DNA of 63,084 nt from Acidimicrobiaceae bacterium (GTDB taxonomy: Bacteria > Actinomycetota > Acidimicrobiia > Acidimicrobiales > Bog-793): assembly GCA_003140595.1 (NCBI GenBank), contig PLKG01000132.1:271-63354 (forward strand), in the 5' to 3' direction. The notes below the pieces were generated by a model. The model did no database searches. It saw only the letters and a program-made list of their open reading frames with translations, and was not told where the DNA came from. Positions 49,144-59,643 of the stretch are shown in pieces (the stretch's first letter is position 1; every line of letters begins with the position of its first letter). A program made the translations under genes and the position numbers.

Positions 49144-50220
49144 GTGACGCAGAAGACCAACCTGCTCCGCAGAGTGACCATCGCCGACATTGCGTTGCGC
49201 GCCGGCGTCTCCAAGGGCGCCGTGTCGTACGCGCTGAACGGCCGGCCCGGGATATCCGAAGTGACCCGCCAGCGCATCCTGAAGATCGCCGACGATCTCG
49301 GCTGGTACCCCAACAGCGCTGCTCGAGCCCTGTCCGGAGCCCGTGCGGGTGCATGCGGGCTGGTGCTGGCCCGACCGGCCCGGACGCTCGCCTTCGAAAC
49401 TTTCTTCATGGAGCTGATAGCCGGCATCGAGATGGAGCTCTCGAGCCGCTCGGTCGGCCTCACCCTCCAGGTAGTCCACGACCTCGAGGCCGAAATGGCC
49501 GTCTACCGACGCTGGTGGGCCGAGCGGCGCGTCGACGGTGTGCTCGTGGTCGACCCGCGCCTCGATGACCCGAGGATCGAGCAGATCGAGAAGCTAGGGC
49601 TCCCGGCCGTCATCATTGGCGGGCCGGAGGGCACCGGCAACCTCTCGGCGGTCTGGAGCGACGACGCTGGCGCCGTCGTGGACGTCGTCCGCTACCTCGC
49701 ACGCCTCGGCCACCAGCGGATAGCCCGCGTCGCAGGTGTCCCGGAGTTCCTTTCCACCGAGGCCAGGACCGAGGCGTACCTCGCCACCATGGCGGAATTG
49801 TCGCTACCCCCGAGAGTCGTCACGACCGACTTCATGGCCGAGAGCGGCGCCAGGGTGACGCGCCAGCTGCTCGCGGACCCGCTCGCTCCAACGGCGATCA
49901 TCTACGACAGCGAGGTGCTTGCCGTCGCCGGCCTGGGTGCCGCCCACGAGATGGGGCTCTCGGTCCCACGTGACGTCTCCCTCGTCGCCTGGGACGATTC
50001 CACTTACTGCCAGGTCGTCCACCCTCCGCTCACAGCGGTGAAACGGGACATCCCAGGCATGGGCTCCCACGGTGCGAGAGCACTTCTCGCCCTCATCGAC
50101 GACGGCGTCATCACCCGCACGGGGGAGGCCCGGGGCCAGCTCATGACCCGTGGGACCACCGCCCGCCCACCGCACGCCCCTGTCGGCTCGTCGCGCGGGG
50201 CCGGCGGCGGGAGTGTTTGA
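49144..50220 (+). CDS. LacI-family regulator
   Basis: VTIADIALRAGVSKGAVSYALN, VPRDVSL, PPLTAV; GGAGGAGG precedes GTG 49144. Confidence 0.9.
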   Translation: MTQKTNLLRRVTIADIALRAGVSKGAVSYALNGRPGISEVTRQRILKIADDLGWYPNSAARALSGARAGACGLVLARPARTLAFETFFMELIAGIEMELSSRSVGLTLQVVHDLEAEMAVYRRWWAERRVDGVLVVDPRLDDPRIEQIEKLGLPAVIIGGPEGTGNLSAVWSDDAGAVVDVVRYLARLGHQRIARVAGVPEFLSTEARTEAYLATMAELSLPPRVVTTDFMAESGARVTRQLLADPLAPTAIIYDSEVLAVAGLGAAHEMGLSVPRDVSLVAWDDSTYCQVVHPPLTAVKRDIPGMGSHGARALLALIDDGVITRTGEARGQLMTRGTTARPPHAPVGSSRGAGGGSV

Positions 50221-50461
50221 CACTTCAGCGACGAGGTAGTTCACTGCTGCAAAACGCTGCACGCCGGCAGGTAGGTAGGCTCATGCAACTGTCCTGTGAC
50301 CTAGGACTTTGTCGGGCGTGGTCCGGTCTGTGAAGTAGCCAGCTGGTCGGCACGACTTCGATGGGGCTCGTGACGACGGCTCACCTGGCGCCCCGTCGGA
50401 CGATGGTTTAGCGGTTCAGTAAACAGGCGCTTCCCGTACGGGGAGCTCGAGAGGCGGGCAA

Positions 50462-52372
50462 GTGGACCAGCTTGGTCAAGGGCGTTCCTGGATCGGTGTC
50501 AACTTCTGGTCACGGACCGGGGGACCGCGCATGTGGACCCGCTACGACGGGGCCGTCGTCCGCCAGGAGCTGGCGGTGCTCGCCGAGCACGGCTGCAACG
50601 TCACACGATCGTTCTGCTACTGGCCCGACTTCGTCCCCGAGCCCGAGCATCTCGACCCGTCTGTGCTCGAACGATTCGAGGACTTCCTCGACGCCCACCT
50701 GCAGGCTGGCCTCGGCACGATCCCGACGTTCATCGTCGGTCACATGTCGGGCGAGAACTGGGATCCCGCGTGGCGGGCCGGGCGCGACCTGTACCGGGAC
50801 GTCTGGCTCGTGTCGCAACAGGCATGGTTCGCGACCGAGATCACGCGCCGCTTCGCGGCGCACCAGGCGGTGGTGGGCTGGCTGATCAGCAACGAGATGC
50901 CGCACTACGGCGGGCCGGCCACCTCCGATGAGATCACCGCGTGGGCCCGGATTATGGTCCAGGCCGTGCACGCCGGAGGCGGCCACCAGCCAGTCTCGCT
51001 CGGGGACGGCGCGTGGGGCATCGAGGTTTCCGGCCAGGACAACGGCTACTCGATCCGGGCTCTCGCCCCCCTAGTGGACTTCATCGGTCCGCACGTATAC
51101 ACGATGTCGGACGACCCCGTGCGCCAGTCCATGGCCGCTGCGCTCGCCTGCGAGCTCTGCAGTTCCTTCCATCGCCCGGTGGTGCTGGAGGAGTTCGGCC
51201 TGAGCTCGGACTTCGCCTCGGACGAGAACGCTGCCCATTACTACCGCCAGGTCCTGCACACGAGCCTCATCGCGGGCGCCAAGGGGTGGCTCGCGTGGAA
51301 CAACTGCGACTACGACGATCTCCGCGACCAGGATCCCTACCGACACCACCCCTTCGAGATGCACTTCGGCCTCACGGACAAAAGCGGCAAGCCGAAAGCG
51401 CAATTGGAGGAGGTCGCCAACTTCGCGCGCCTCGTCGCCGATCTCGACGAGACGGGCTGGGAGCCCATCGCGGGCGAGGTAGCGATCGTGGTGCCCGAGC
51501 ACTTCGAGCGGGTTCTCTACTTCACTACTATCGACTACCGCAAGGACATCCGCGACAGTCTCAGGCAGGCATACATCGCCGCCCGGGAGGCCGACTTGCC
51601 CGTCACTCTTCTGCGGGAGCTCGACGGACTCGACAAAGGGCCGAAGCTCCTGATCCTGCCGTCGGCAAAATTGCTCATGGCCCCAAGTGCCGCGCGCCTT
51701 CTCGAGCTGGCGGAGGGAGGGGCGACGGTCTACCTCTCATACTTCGCCGGCAGCGCGCCCTCTCAGGTCGGTCCCTGGATGCCCTGGCTCGGTGAGCTTT
51801 TCGGGATCCGCCACCAACTGCGCTACGGGCTCGTCGATCCGATCGAGGACGACGAGGTGGTGTTCAGTTTCATCGAGGCCCTCGGCGACCTGACACCCGG
51901 CGACGAGCTTCGCTTCCGGGTCGGAGGCAACGAGACCTCGCGCGCCTTCCTACCGCTCGAGCCCGCCGGCGCGACCGTTGTCGCGCTCGACGGGCACGGT
52001 CGCCCCGCCCTCTTGCACAGAAAGGTCGGCGACGGGGCCATGGTCCTGTGCACCTACCCGACCGAGTACATGGCGGCCCAGTCGCCTCGGGTCAACCCGG
52101 AGAGCACGTGGCGCCTCTACTCCGCGCTCGCCACCTCGGCAGGCGTCGACCGTCCGTTGACGGTCGACGATCCAAGGGTGATCACGGGTCGGCTCCGTGT
52201 CGGCGCCGGAGAGCTGGCGGTGCTGGTCAACGCCTCGCCGGATCATGTCGAGGTGAGCCTCAGGACGGCCGGGGCCGCCACCTATTCACGACGGGGCGCG
52301 CAGCCCAATGAGGCCCTCTCAGTACTCAGGCTTGCTCCCTTCGAGGTCGAGGTACTCGCAAGGTTCGACTGA
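50462..52372 (+). CDS. GH5-like glycoside hydrolase (beta-mannosidase/mannanase-like)
   Basis: GVNFW, NEMP acid/base, PHVY, LEEFG nucleophile, HFGL. Confidence 0.75.
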   Translation: MDQLGQGRSWIGVNFWSRTGGPRMWTRYDGAVVRQELAVLAEHGCNVTRSFCYWPDFVPEPEHLDPSVLERFEDFLDAHLQAGLGTIPTFIVGHMSGENWDPAWRAGRDLYRDVWLVSQQAWFATEITRRFAAHQAVVGWLISNEMPHYGGPATSDEITAWARIMVQAVHAGGGHQPVSLGDGAWGIEVSGQDNGYSIRALAPLVDFIGPHVYTMSDDPVRQSMAAALACELCSSFHRPVVLEEFGLSSDFASDENAAHYYRQVLHTSLIAGAKGWLAWNNCDYDDLRDQDPYRHHPFEMHFGLTDKSGKPKAQLEEVANFARLVADLDETGWEPIAGEVAIVVPEHFERVLYFTTIDYRKDIRDSLRQAYIAAREADLPVTLLRELDGLDKGPKLLILPSAKLLMAPSAARLLELAEGGATVYLSYFAGSAPSQVGPWMPWLGELFGIRHQLRYGLVDPIEDDEVVFSFIEALGDLTPGDELRFRVGGNETSRAFLPLEPAGATVVALDGHGRPALLHRKVGDGAMVLCTYPTEYMAAQSPRVNPESTWRLYSALATSAGVDRPLTVDDPRVITGRLRVGAGELAVLVNASPDHVEVSLRTAGAATYSRRGAQPNEALSVLRLAPFEVEVLARFD

Positions 52373-52435
52373 GGCTGTGAACTTGCGAGGCTGAGACGAC
52401 GTGGCCCGAAGAGGTGCCAGAACAACAGAACTCGC

Positions 52436-54553
52436 CTATGGATCCGTGTCGTCCCACGCGAGCACCGCGATCCCGTCCTGCGATAGCGCCAAGTCGAACT
52501 CGAACCCGTCAGCGGTGTACCACGGCAACCCGGCGCCCCCGCCGACTATGGACCACGGCCTCCGGTCGCGCAGGAGCTCGGAGGGACCGCTCACGGTGAG
52601 GTTCTCGACGGAACTGTCGGCGGTGACGAACAGCAGGCGGGTGCTGCCCGACAGGCCCGATCGCCACTGCACGAGCTCCCCGTCGGCCGGCGAGAGGGTG
52701 AGTTTCGGGGCAACGCCGGCGAGCGCCGCTGTTCGGCGGGCGAACAACTCGAGCCCTTCGTGCCGGACGCGCGAGTAGCCGAGGCCGGCGAGAGTGCCGA
52801 GCGCGATGACCTGACCCGATCCGAATCCATGCCGGGTCGCCACGGTGTCTCCGGACCCCGATGTGGCGAGAACCTCGGTGTCGCTCGACTCGAGGGCTTC
52901 GAGCCAGACAGCCGTCGGGACACTCGCCCGCTCGGCGCCGGAGCCTACGAGAAGAGTGCGATCCGTCTCGAGGCTGCGCCGTCCGAGGCTGCGGAGGCCG
53001 AGGGCCGAGGCCATCGGCCGGTCCTCTGGGTAGCGATAGAAGCCCTGCTCGTCGAATGCGTCGAGCTCGGACTCGGTCACCAGGGTCCCTCCCGCGCGCA
53101 CCCACTCGACCACGGCGTCGGCCATCACCGGCGGCACGATGAGCGGCCAGGGCATCACGAGTAGCCGGAGGCCTGCGAGCCGTTTCGGCCGGTGGGCGTC
53201 TACGACCGCGTAAGGGAGCTGGACCCGCTCGAAGAGGCTGAGCCATCCGGTGACGCTGCCGCGGGCCTGCTCGGCGCTGCCCCCGTTCTCTGCCCAGTCC
53301 AGCTGGTAGCTCCCCTGGGAGAACAGGACACCGATCTCGGCCGCGTCCGGGCGGTACGCGTCGAGCAGTGCCTCGTGCTCTCGCACGACACTGCCCGTGC
53401 GGGCGAGGCGTTCCAGGCGGCCCGCGCTCTGCCCGTCAGAACCGGTGATCCCGAACCCGGAGGACTCGCGGCCGAACACTTCGTCTCTCCAGCACCAGAA
53501 CAGGACCGCCTTGATCCCCCGTCCGTAGGCACCCCACACCCAACGTTGCTGCGTGCTCGGATCGACGGCGGGCCAGACGCCGAAACCGGCACAGGAGGCA
53601 CCGCCCTGAAGCTCCGACACCCAGGCCGGCTTGTCCCCGGTTGCCGAACGAGTCGCCTCGATGCGCGTACCCAGCTCGCTCGTCGAGATGTTCTCCCAGG
53701 CCGGGAAGTGCGAGCACCCGAAGCCGTCGAGGACCTCGGCAAGGTCGAAATCGTTCCCACGCGACACCGCCTGCTCGAAGTCCATTCCGCTTGAATGGAC
53801 CGCTGGCTTGCCGCAGTGGGCGAGGACGGGGTGGTTGGGATCGGACCGGCGCAAGCACTCGGCCCGGAAGGCCGCATGCCCGGCGGCACGCCAGCTGAGG
53901 AACGCCTCGAACTCCACGAGGTCGGTGTAGGGACGGCCGGGCTGCTTGCCGGGGAGCACGTCCTCCCAGGACGCATAGCGCCTGTGCCAGGCCTGCCCGA
54001 GCCCATCGAGATCGCCGTAACGCCCGGCGAGCCAGCTGCGGAACGACTCCAGCGTCGCGTCGCAATGGCAGACGTATCCGTCGCCTTGGACTGCCCATCG
54101 CGTTTCGTTCCAGCAGTCCCATGCAATGAGCGTGTCCGAGCTCGAGTAACGGCGACCGATCGCCTCCAGGAAGGCGCTCATGTGTTCGCGCACCGAAGGG
54201 TGGTCGAAACAGGCCCCGGGCGTGAGACCGACGTTGCACTCCCTGCGAGGCGAGGACCGTACGGCGTGACCCATGTGGTCGACGAGGTGCGCGCTGGGAA
54301 GCTCACGATGAATCCAGAACGGCTGGATCTCGGCGATGGTGCTGATCACCACGCGAAGGCCGGCGGCAGAAGCCTCGTTCATCAACTCGTCGTAGTCGTC
54401 GAATCGGTAGCGCCCAGGCTCGGGCTCGATCCATCCCCAGCACGCCCAGAGCTGGACCGTGTCCAGCCCGGCCTTTACCATCGCGGCCAGGTCTTGGTGC
54501 CACAGGTCACGCTCGGGAAACGGTGGCCGGTAGTACTGGGTACCGAGGATCAT
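52436..54553 (-). CDS. GH42 beta-galactosidase-like hydrolase
   Basis: GTQYY, WGWIEP, WNE, SELQGG, WCWR; ATG at 54553. Confidence 0.8.
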   Translation of the reverse strand: MILGTQYYRPPFPERDLWHQDLAAMVKAGLDTVQLWACWGWIEPEPGRYRFDDYDELMNEASAAGLRVVISTIAEIQPFWIHRELPSAHLVDHMGHAVRSSPRRECNVGLTPGACFDHPSVREHMSAFLEAIGRRYSSSDTLIAWDCWNETRWAVQGDGYVCHCDATLESFRSWLAGRYGDLDGLGQAWHRRYASWEDVLPGKQPGRPYTDLVEFEAFLSWRAAGHAAFRAECLRRSDPNHPVLAHCGKPAVHSSGMDFEQAVSRGNDFDLAEVLDGFGCSHFPAWENISTSELGTRIEATRSATGDKPAWVSELQGGASCAGFGVWPAVDPSTQQRWVWGAYGRGIKAVLFWCWRDEVFGRESSGFGITGSDGQSAGRLERLARTGSVVREHEALLDAYRPDAAEIGVLFSQGSYQLDWAENGGSAEQARGSVTGWLSLFERVQLPYAVVDAHRPKRLAGLRLLVMPWPLIVPPVMADAVVEWVRAGGTLVTESELDAFDEQGFYRYPEDRPMASALGLRSLGRRSLETDRTLLVGSGAERASVPTAVWLEALESSDTEVLATSGSGDTVATRHGFGSGQVIALGTLAGLGYSRVRHEGLELFARRTAALAGVAPKLTLSPADGELVQWRSGLSGSTRLLFVTADSSVENLTVSGPSELLRDRRPWSIVGGGAGLPWYTADGFEFDLALSQDGIAVLAWDDTDP

Positions 54554-54629
54554 CGTGTTCGCGCCTCCGTTCGTCGCGGGTGTGCCAATTCCCCGCCCGC
54601 GCCCCGCCAAGCCCTTTGTCTCATTGAAG

Positions 54630-55526
54630 TCACGAGTGCCCAGAACCGCGCCTCGCAGCGATCTGCTGTTCGGCATCGGCCAGGCTTCGTACGACCGCCG
54701 CACCGAAATGCACGTCACACGGATGCGAGCACTCGCCGGCCGCGACGTTGCTCATGAGCTCTCTCAACGCGAGACCGTATGCGTCCTGCGGTGTCGAACC
54801 ACCCCGCGGCATCGTCGACAGCCCGTCCGGTCCCCAGAGCGAGAGCTCCACGTTGATCGCGGCTGTGGGTGCATCGAGCGTCAACGAGGCGGTGCTGGTA
54901 GCTCCGCCCTCGTGGCGAAGGATAAGGTGCACGAGATCGCCTGACCCGCCAGTGGCTGTCACAGCTTGGACTGGGCCGAGAGCCGCGATCAGGATGGAGA
55001 GCGCGTGGGGCCCGACATCCCAGAGCGCGCCCTTCTCCCTTCGCCATGGGGAGGAGGCATACGGGCTGCCAGGGGCGAACGCCGACACGATCCAGCGTGC
55101 CCAGGCGCCCTTCCAGTCGCCTCCGTCCAGTGTCGCGAGCCACTGACGATTCGCCTCCGTGAAGCGTCCCGTGAAGAAGACCACCGTGGAGACACGGGCG
55201 AGATCGACTGCCTCGACCAGATGCTCCGCACCGGCGACGGTGGTCGCGAGCGGCTTGTCGCAGAGGAGGTGCTTGCCGGCGCCGGCAGCCTGGGCGCCGA
55301 GCTCGGCTTGAACGTCCGGTGGCACCGCGAACGTCACCGCGTCCACGTGGCTCAAGAACTCGGTGAAATCCGTGTGCACGCCGACGCCGAACTCATCACC
55401 AAGCGCCGCCGCCTTGCCTGGGTCTCGTCCCCAGATCGCTGAAAAGTCAACCCCGGGCTCGCGCGCCAGCACGGCTGCGTGCGTGACGCGAGCCCAGTAT
55501 CCCGTACCTACGAGCCCGAACCTCAA
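54630..55526 (-). CDS. Gfo/Idh/MocA oxidoreductase
   Basis: GLVGTGYWA, HLLCDKP, GALWDVGPH. Confidence 0.85.
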   Translation of the reverse strand: MRFGLVGTGYWARVTHAAVLAREPGVDFSAIWGRDPGKAAALGDEFGVGVHTDFTEFLSHVDAVTFAVPPDVQAELGAQAAGAGKHLLCDKPLATTVAGAEHLVEAVDLARVSTVVFFTGRFTEANRQWLATLDGGDWKGAWARWIVSAFAPGSPYASSPWRREKGALWDVGPHALSILIAALGPVQAVTATGGSGDLVHLILRHEGGATSTASLTLDAPTAAINVELSLWGPDGLSTMPRGGSTPQDAYGLALRELMSNVAAGECSHPCDVHFGAAVVRSLADAEQQIAARRGSGHS

Positions 55527-55571
55527 AGTCGACCTCCCGCTCAGTTTCCGAGCTGTTGCTCCGCGAACGGC

Positions 55572-56543
55572 TCAACGATCCCCAGCCTTTGCCAGTCCCG
55601 CTTGAATCTGGCCGACCAAACGGGCAACCGGGCGGGTCTGGAGATATCCGGGCCTTAGTTCCGCCCCCATCAAGATGGCGCCGACAACCCCGGCGGCGTC
55701 GCCGAGCCCGGGCTCGACCACTAGTTCCTCGATCTGACCTGCTTCCGGAAAGTAACCGGCGTCGAGCAGTTCGCGCGTCCTGTATCTTGCCCTGGGCAAA
55801 AGAGCGAGATCGTGCATCACGCCTCCGCCGACAACGATGCGCTGGGGGCGATAGGCGGTGATGAGATTGACCAGGCCCAGAGCGATGTACTCGCTCTCCA
55901 ACAGCTCCGGGTCGGGTGGTTCCAACCCGGACTGCGTCCAGAGAGCCGACCGCTGCGCTCTTGCGGTGCCCGATGCCAGACCCTCCCAGCATGTGCCGTG
56001 GAAGGGGCAGTTCCCGGTCCACATCTGTTCGGGAAGGCCCGGCTGACAGTCGGTCGGATGTTGGGGAATCCGCATGTGCCCCATCTCGGGATGCGATCGT
56101 CCGTGAACAACCGTGCCGTTGACTATTGCCCCGACGCCGATTCCCGTGCCGACTGTGATGTACAACAGATCGGAGCATCCTTGAGCGTTACCCCAGGAGC
56201 GCTCCGCGAGCGCGGCTCCGTTGACGTCGCTGTCAACGCGCACGGGCACGCCGAGCGCGTCTTCGAACTTTGATCGAAGTGGCCAACCCCGCCACGCGGT
56301 CTTGGGGGTCTCACGGGCGATGGTGCCCGCCTCAAGATCGAGGGGACCGAAGCTTGCGACTCCCAAGCTAACAAATGAGCCCGAGCTTGACTCAACCTCG
56401 CGGAACCAGTCGAGCGCCAGATCGGTCGTCGTCTCCGGGTCGGTCGTGGGGATGACCGTGACGGCCCAAGCATCCTCCGAGCCGTCACCGACCGCGCAGA
56501 CGCATTTCGTGCCGCCGAGCTCGATTCCTCCATATGGGGCCAC
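55572..56543 (-). CDS. ROK-family sugar kinase (fructokinase-like)
   Basis: IELGGTK, SFGP, DVNGAA, GTGIGVG, EMGH, CPFHGTCWEG. Confidence 0.88.
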   Translation of the reverse strand: MAPYGGIELGGTKCVCAVGDGSEDAWAVTVIPTTDPETTTDLALDWFREVESSSGSFVSLGVASFGPLDLEAGTIARETPKTAWRGWPLRSKFEDALGVPVRVDSDVNGAALAERSWGNAQGCSDLLYITVGTGIGVGAIVNGTVVHGRSHPEMGHMRIPQHPTDCQPGLPEQMWTGNCPFHGTCWEGLASGTARAQRSALWTQSGLEPPDPELLESEYIALGLVNLITAYRPQRIVVGGGVMHDLALLPRARYRTRELLDAGYFPEAGQIEELVVEPGLGDAAGVVGAILMGAELRPGYLQTRPVARLVGQIQAGLAKAGDR

Positions 56544-56727
56544 GTCGTGTTCCCTCTCTACACCAATGATCAGGCATCCGGGTCAGATCCCGTTCTGTAC
56601 CACGTCGATCGAAGGCTTTGCGAGTTCATAGGATGCCCACTCAGATCGGTCCCGACTGGTCAGCTGGACTTGTGGGAGCCACACGGTTCGGCCGGGACAG
56701 TCGCTCGCTGCGCGTCGATGTCAGGGT

Positions 56728-57762
56728 TCAGGATGAGGCCACTCGGACGAGGGGCTTCAGTATCGAGGGATCGCGATGCGCCGCGGTGAGTGCTTCCTCG
56801 CTCGACTCCAGCGAGAACCGAGCATCGACAAGCCCTTCGACGTCGATCGCCCCGGAGGAGATGAGAGCGATCGCCTCAGGGTAGGTGTTCGCGTAACGGA
56901 ACGTACCGGTGACGCAAATCTCCCGACTCTGGACGGCTGAGATGGGCAAGGGCACCTCGGAGGACGGGCACATTCCGACGAGCACGGCAACGCCGGCTGG
57001 GCGCACGCAGCGGATGCCGTCGAGGATGGCGGCCGGCGAACCCGAGCAGTCGACGAACACGTCCGCGTCGACCGCCTGTTCCACGAGACTCGACGATGAC
57101 GTGTCGACCACGGACGTCGCGCCGATCTTCGTCAGGCGCACCCGCCGCGCGGGCACCGGATCGCTGACGATGACCTCGGTCGCCCCGGCCGCCAGAGCCA
57201 CGAGGGTGACTGACGCACCGATCGGCCCGGCGCCCGCGATCGCGACACGCGCCCCGACAGTTATCCCCGCCTTGCGGCAAGCCCACAGTCCGACCGAGAG
57301 CGGCTCGCAAAGCGCGCCAGCGTCGTCAGAGACATGGTCTGGCAGCGCAAACGCGAAATCCTCGTGGATCGTCACATAACGGGCGAGAGCGCCATCGACC
57401 GGTGGCGTAGCGAAGAAGACCACGTCCCGGCACAGGTTGTAGTGGCCGGTGCGGCACTCCCGGCACGAGCCGCACGGCACGCCCGGCTCCAGCGCGACAC
57501 GCTGCCCGAGCTCATGGCGCCGCGCCAAATCCCCTCTGCCGACGACAACCCCAGAGGCCTCGTGGCCGAGCACCATGGGTGCATTGACGACGAAGTCCCC
57601 GATCCGACCGTGCTCGTAGTAGTGGACGTCCGACCCGCAGATGCCGACCGACGCCACCTCGACCAGGACCTGCCGGGGACCCGGAAGCGGAACCGGCCGG
57701 TCCTCGATCCGGAGGTCGCCTATCCCGTAGAGCACGGCCGCCTTGTTTGACATTTGCAGCAT
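56728..57762 (-). CDS. Zn-dependent polyol (sorbitol/xylitol) dehydrogenase
   Basis: GICGSDVHYY, GHE, EPGVPC..C..C, GAGPIG, GTFRYANTYP. Confidence 0.88.
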   Translation of the reverse strand: MLQMSNKAAVLYGIGDLRIEDRPVPLPGPRQVLVEVASVGICGSDVHYYEHGRIGDFVVNAPMVLGHEASGVVVGRGDLARRHELGQRVALEPGVPCGSCRECRTGHYNLCRDVVFFATPPVDGALARYVTIHEDFAFALPDHVSDDAGALCEPLSVGLWACRKAGITVGARVAIAGAGPIGASVTLVALAAGATEVIVSDPVPARRVRLTKIGATSVVDTSSSSLVEQAVDADVFVDCSGSPAAILDGIRCVRPAGVAVLVGMCPSSEVPLPISAVQSREICVTGTFRYANTYPEAIALISSGAIDVEGLVDARFSLESSEEALTAAHRDPSILKPLVRVASS

Positions 57763-57803
57763 TTGACTCAGGTCCTTCCTAACAGGAACTTACGTGGAGA
57801 CTA

Positions 57804-58162
57804 CCGTTGCCCTCGGGTGCGCAGTAGTTGCCGGCGCGACGCAGGCAGCCTCTCCAAAAAAAGGGAGGCGGTGTCGGCCTTTCACCGGTTGTCGGGAGCC
57901 GTCTCGAGGCTCGTCCGAGATCGCGGGCCGGTGCAGCTGGTCAGGTGGTTCTCGACCACGTCGGTCTTGCGTCTCGGTGCCGCCCACCGCGACGAAGAGC
58001 ATTCGCCGCCCATGAGCGGCAAGGTTGAGGGCCTCGTTGAGGTCTTGGTCGATGACCAGGTTGCACACCTCGCAACGGTAGGTGCGCTCTCGAAGTGACC
58101 GTTCGGATTTGACTGTCTTGGCAACGAGAGCAGGTCTTCGAGCTGGGTAACCAGCGGTCAGC
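57804..58162 (-). pseudogene. tnpB: Truncated, frameshifted tnpB 3' end with a probable IS right end / omegaRNA (IS607 or IS200/IS605)
   Basis: ADRWLPSSKTCSRC, then after a frameshift VKSERSLRERTYRCEVCNLVIDQDLNEALNLA (Zn ribbon + RuvC-III). No N-terminal part. Confidence 0.8.
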
Positions 58163-58284
58163 GCGGCGGAACTCGGCCGGGAGGCGTCGAGGGGGCCCTG
58201 TCCGGCCCCGCCTTTCGGTGGGCTCTTGCGAGTAGATCTTCGTGCGCCGAAGCTCTGGTCTCTTCGCGCAAGCCCGCGAGCCGG

Positions 58285-59304
58285 CTACGGGACGATCGCC
58301 GCCTTCATGCAGGAAGGATCACTTCTAAGTGCCTCGAGCGCTTGGCCGTAGGCTCCAAGGTCGAACCGATGGGTAACGATCCCCTCGGTACGCACGCGAC
58401 CAGACCGAAGCACAGCTAGCGCGCGGTCGAAACAATGGGTCTGGGCGAAAGAGCCTTTCACGGTGAGCTCCCGCCGGAACACCTCGTAAGGATGCACGGA
58501 GACAAAGGCGTCCTCGTCCGCCATCCCATAGACGAGAACTGTGCCGCCGTCGCGAACGAGGGGCAGGCACAACTCGGCGACTGCAACGGCTCCTGTCGCC
58601 TCGACGACGACGTCGTAACCGTCCGCCGTCTGACCACGCAGATTCGCAAGCGAAGCTCCCGGATCGGCCCTGTCGATCTGCACTGTCGAATCGACCCCGT
58701 ACTCGCGAGCAAGCGCCAGTTTGAACTCCGTCGGCGCCGCTACAGTCACCCGAGCGGCCCCGCCGTGCACCAGCAACTGGGCGAGAACCAATCCTGTGGG
58801 GCCTGCTCCGAACACCAGCACGTCCGAACCCGGCCTCAGGTCGAGTACGTCCATTCCGTGGATGGCGCATGCAGTCGGCTCGGTCATCACAGCAGTGCTG
58901 AGACTCAGATCGTCTACGGGAAAGCACTTTTCCGCGAGCACTGTCACGAACTCGGCGAACGCTCCTGGCCCGTTCACGCCGAGCGAATAGAAATTGCGGC
59001 AAAACAGTGGCTCGTCGCGCCGACAGAACGTGCAGTAGCCGCACAGCACGGTGTTGTCGGCGGCAACCAGCTGGCCGACGGCGATCTCGGTGACCCCTTC
59101 GCCGAGAGCGTCTACGCGACCGACGATCTCATGGCCAGGCGTTAACGGGTACTTCGAGAAGAACCCTCCGTCGTGAATATGGAGGTCGGTTCCGCACATG
59201 CCGGCCATCTCGACGCAAAGGCGCACTTCTCCCTCGCCAGGCTCCGGTGTCGGAACAGTCAGCACATCGAACTGCCGCGGAGCACTGTAGACAACGGCTT
59301 TCAT
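58285..59304 (-). CDS. Zn-dependent alcohol/polyol dehydrogenase
   Basis: CGTDLH, GHE, CGYCTFC, GAGPTG. Confidence 0.88.
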   Translation of the reverse strand: MKAVVYSAPRQFDVLTVPTPEPGEGEVRLCVEMAGMCGTDLHIHDGGFFSKYPLTPGHEIVGRVDALGEGVTEIAVGQLVAADNTVLCGYCTFCRRDEPLFCRNFYSLGVNGPGAFAEFVTVLAEKCFPVDDLSLSTAVMTEPTACAIHGMDVLDLRPGSDVLVFGAGPTGLVLAQLLVHGGAARVTVAAPTEFKLALAREYGVDSTVQIDRADPGASLANLRGQTADGYDVVVEATGAVAVAELCLPLVRDGGTVLVYGMADEDAFVSVHPYEVFRRELTVKGSFAQTHCFDRALAVLRSGRVRTEGIVTHRFDLGAYGQALEALRSDPSCMKAAIVP

Positions 59305-59643
59305 CTCGGGAACATTGCTAACCCGATGTAGCCAACGAACATATTCACCACCTGTGTGGGTCTCGTATTTGATCGCCCATCATAGGAGCATCCGGCGAAC
59401 TCACGCACCTGTGTCCTGAGGCTGAAACATCGTCATATCCCTGCCAACAGAGCCTCTGTCTCGACTCCATGAGAACGCAAGGTGGTCCGGCGCGACGTGC
59501 GACCAGAGCCAAAGCACAGGTGAGCCGAATGCAAGGCTCCTGGCGTGGCGGCCCGCGATCAGCTCGGCGGCTCCGCTGCACGTCGGATCGAAGATCCTCG
59601 TCAGGTTCTTCTTGTGCAGCACCTGAGTGGTCAAGATTGTGTC

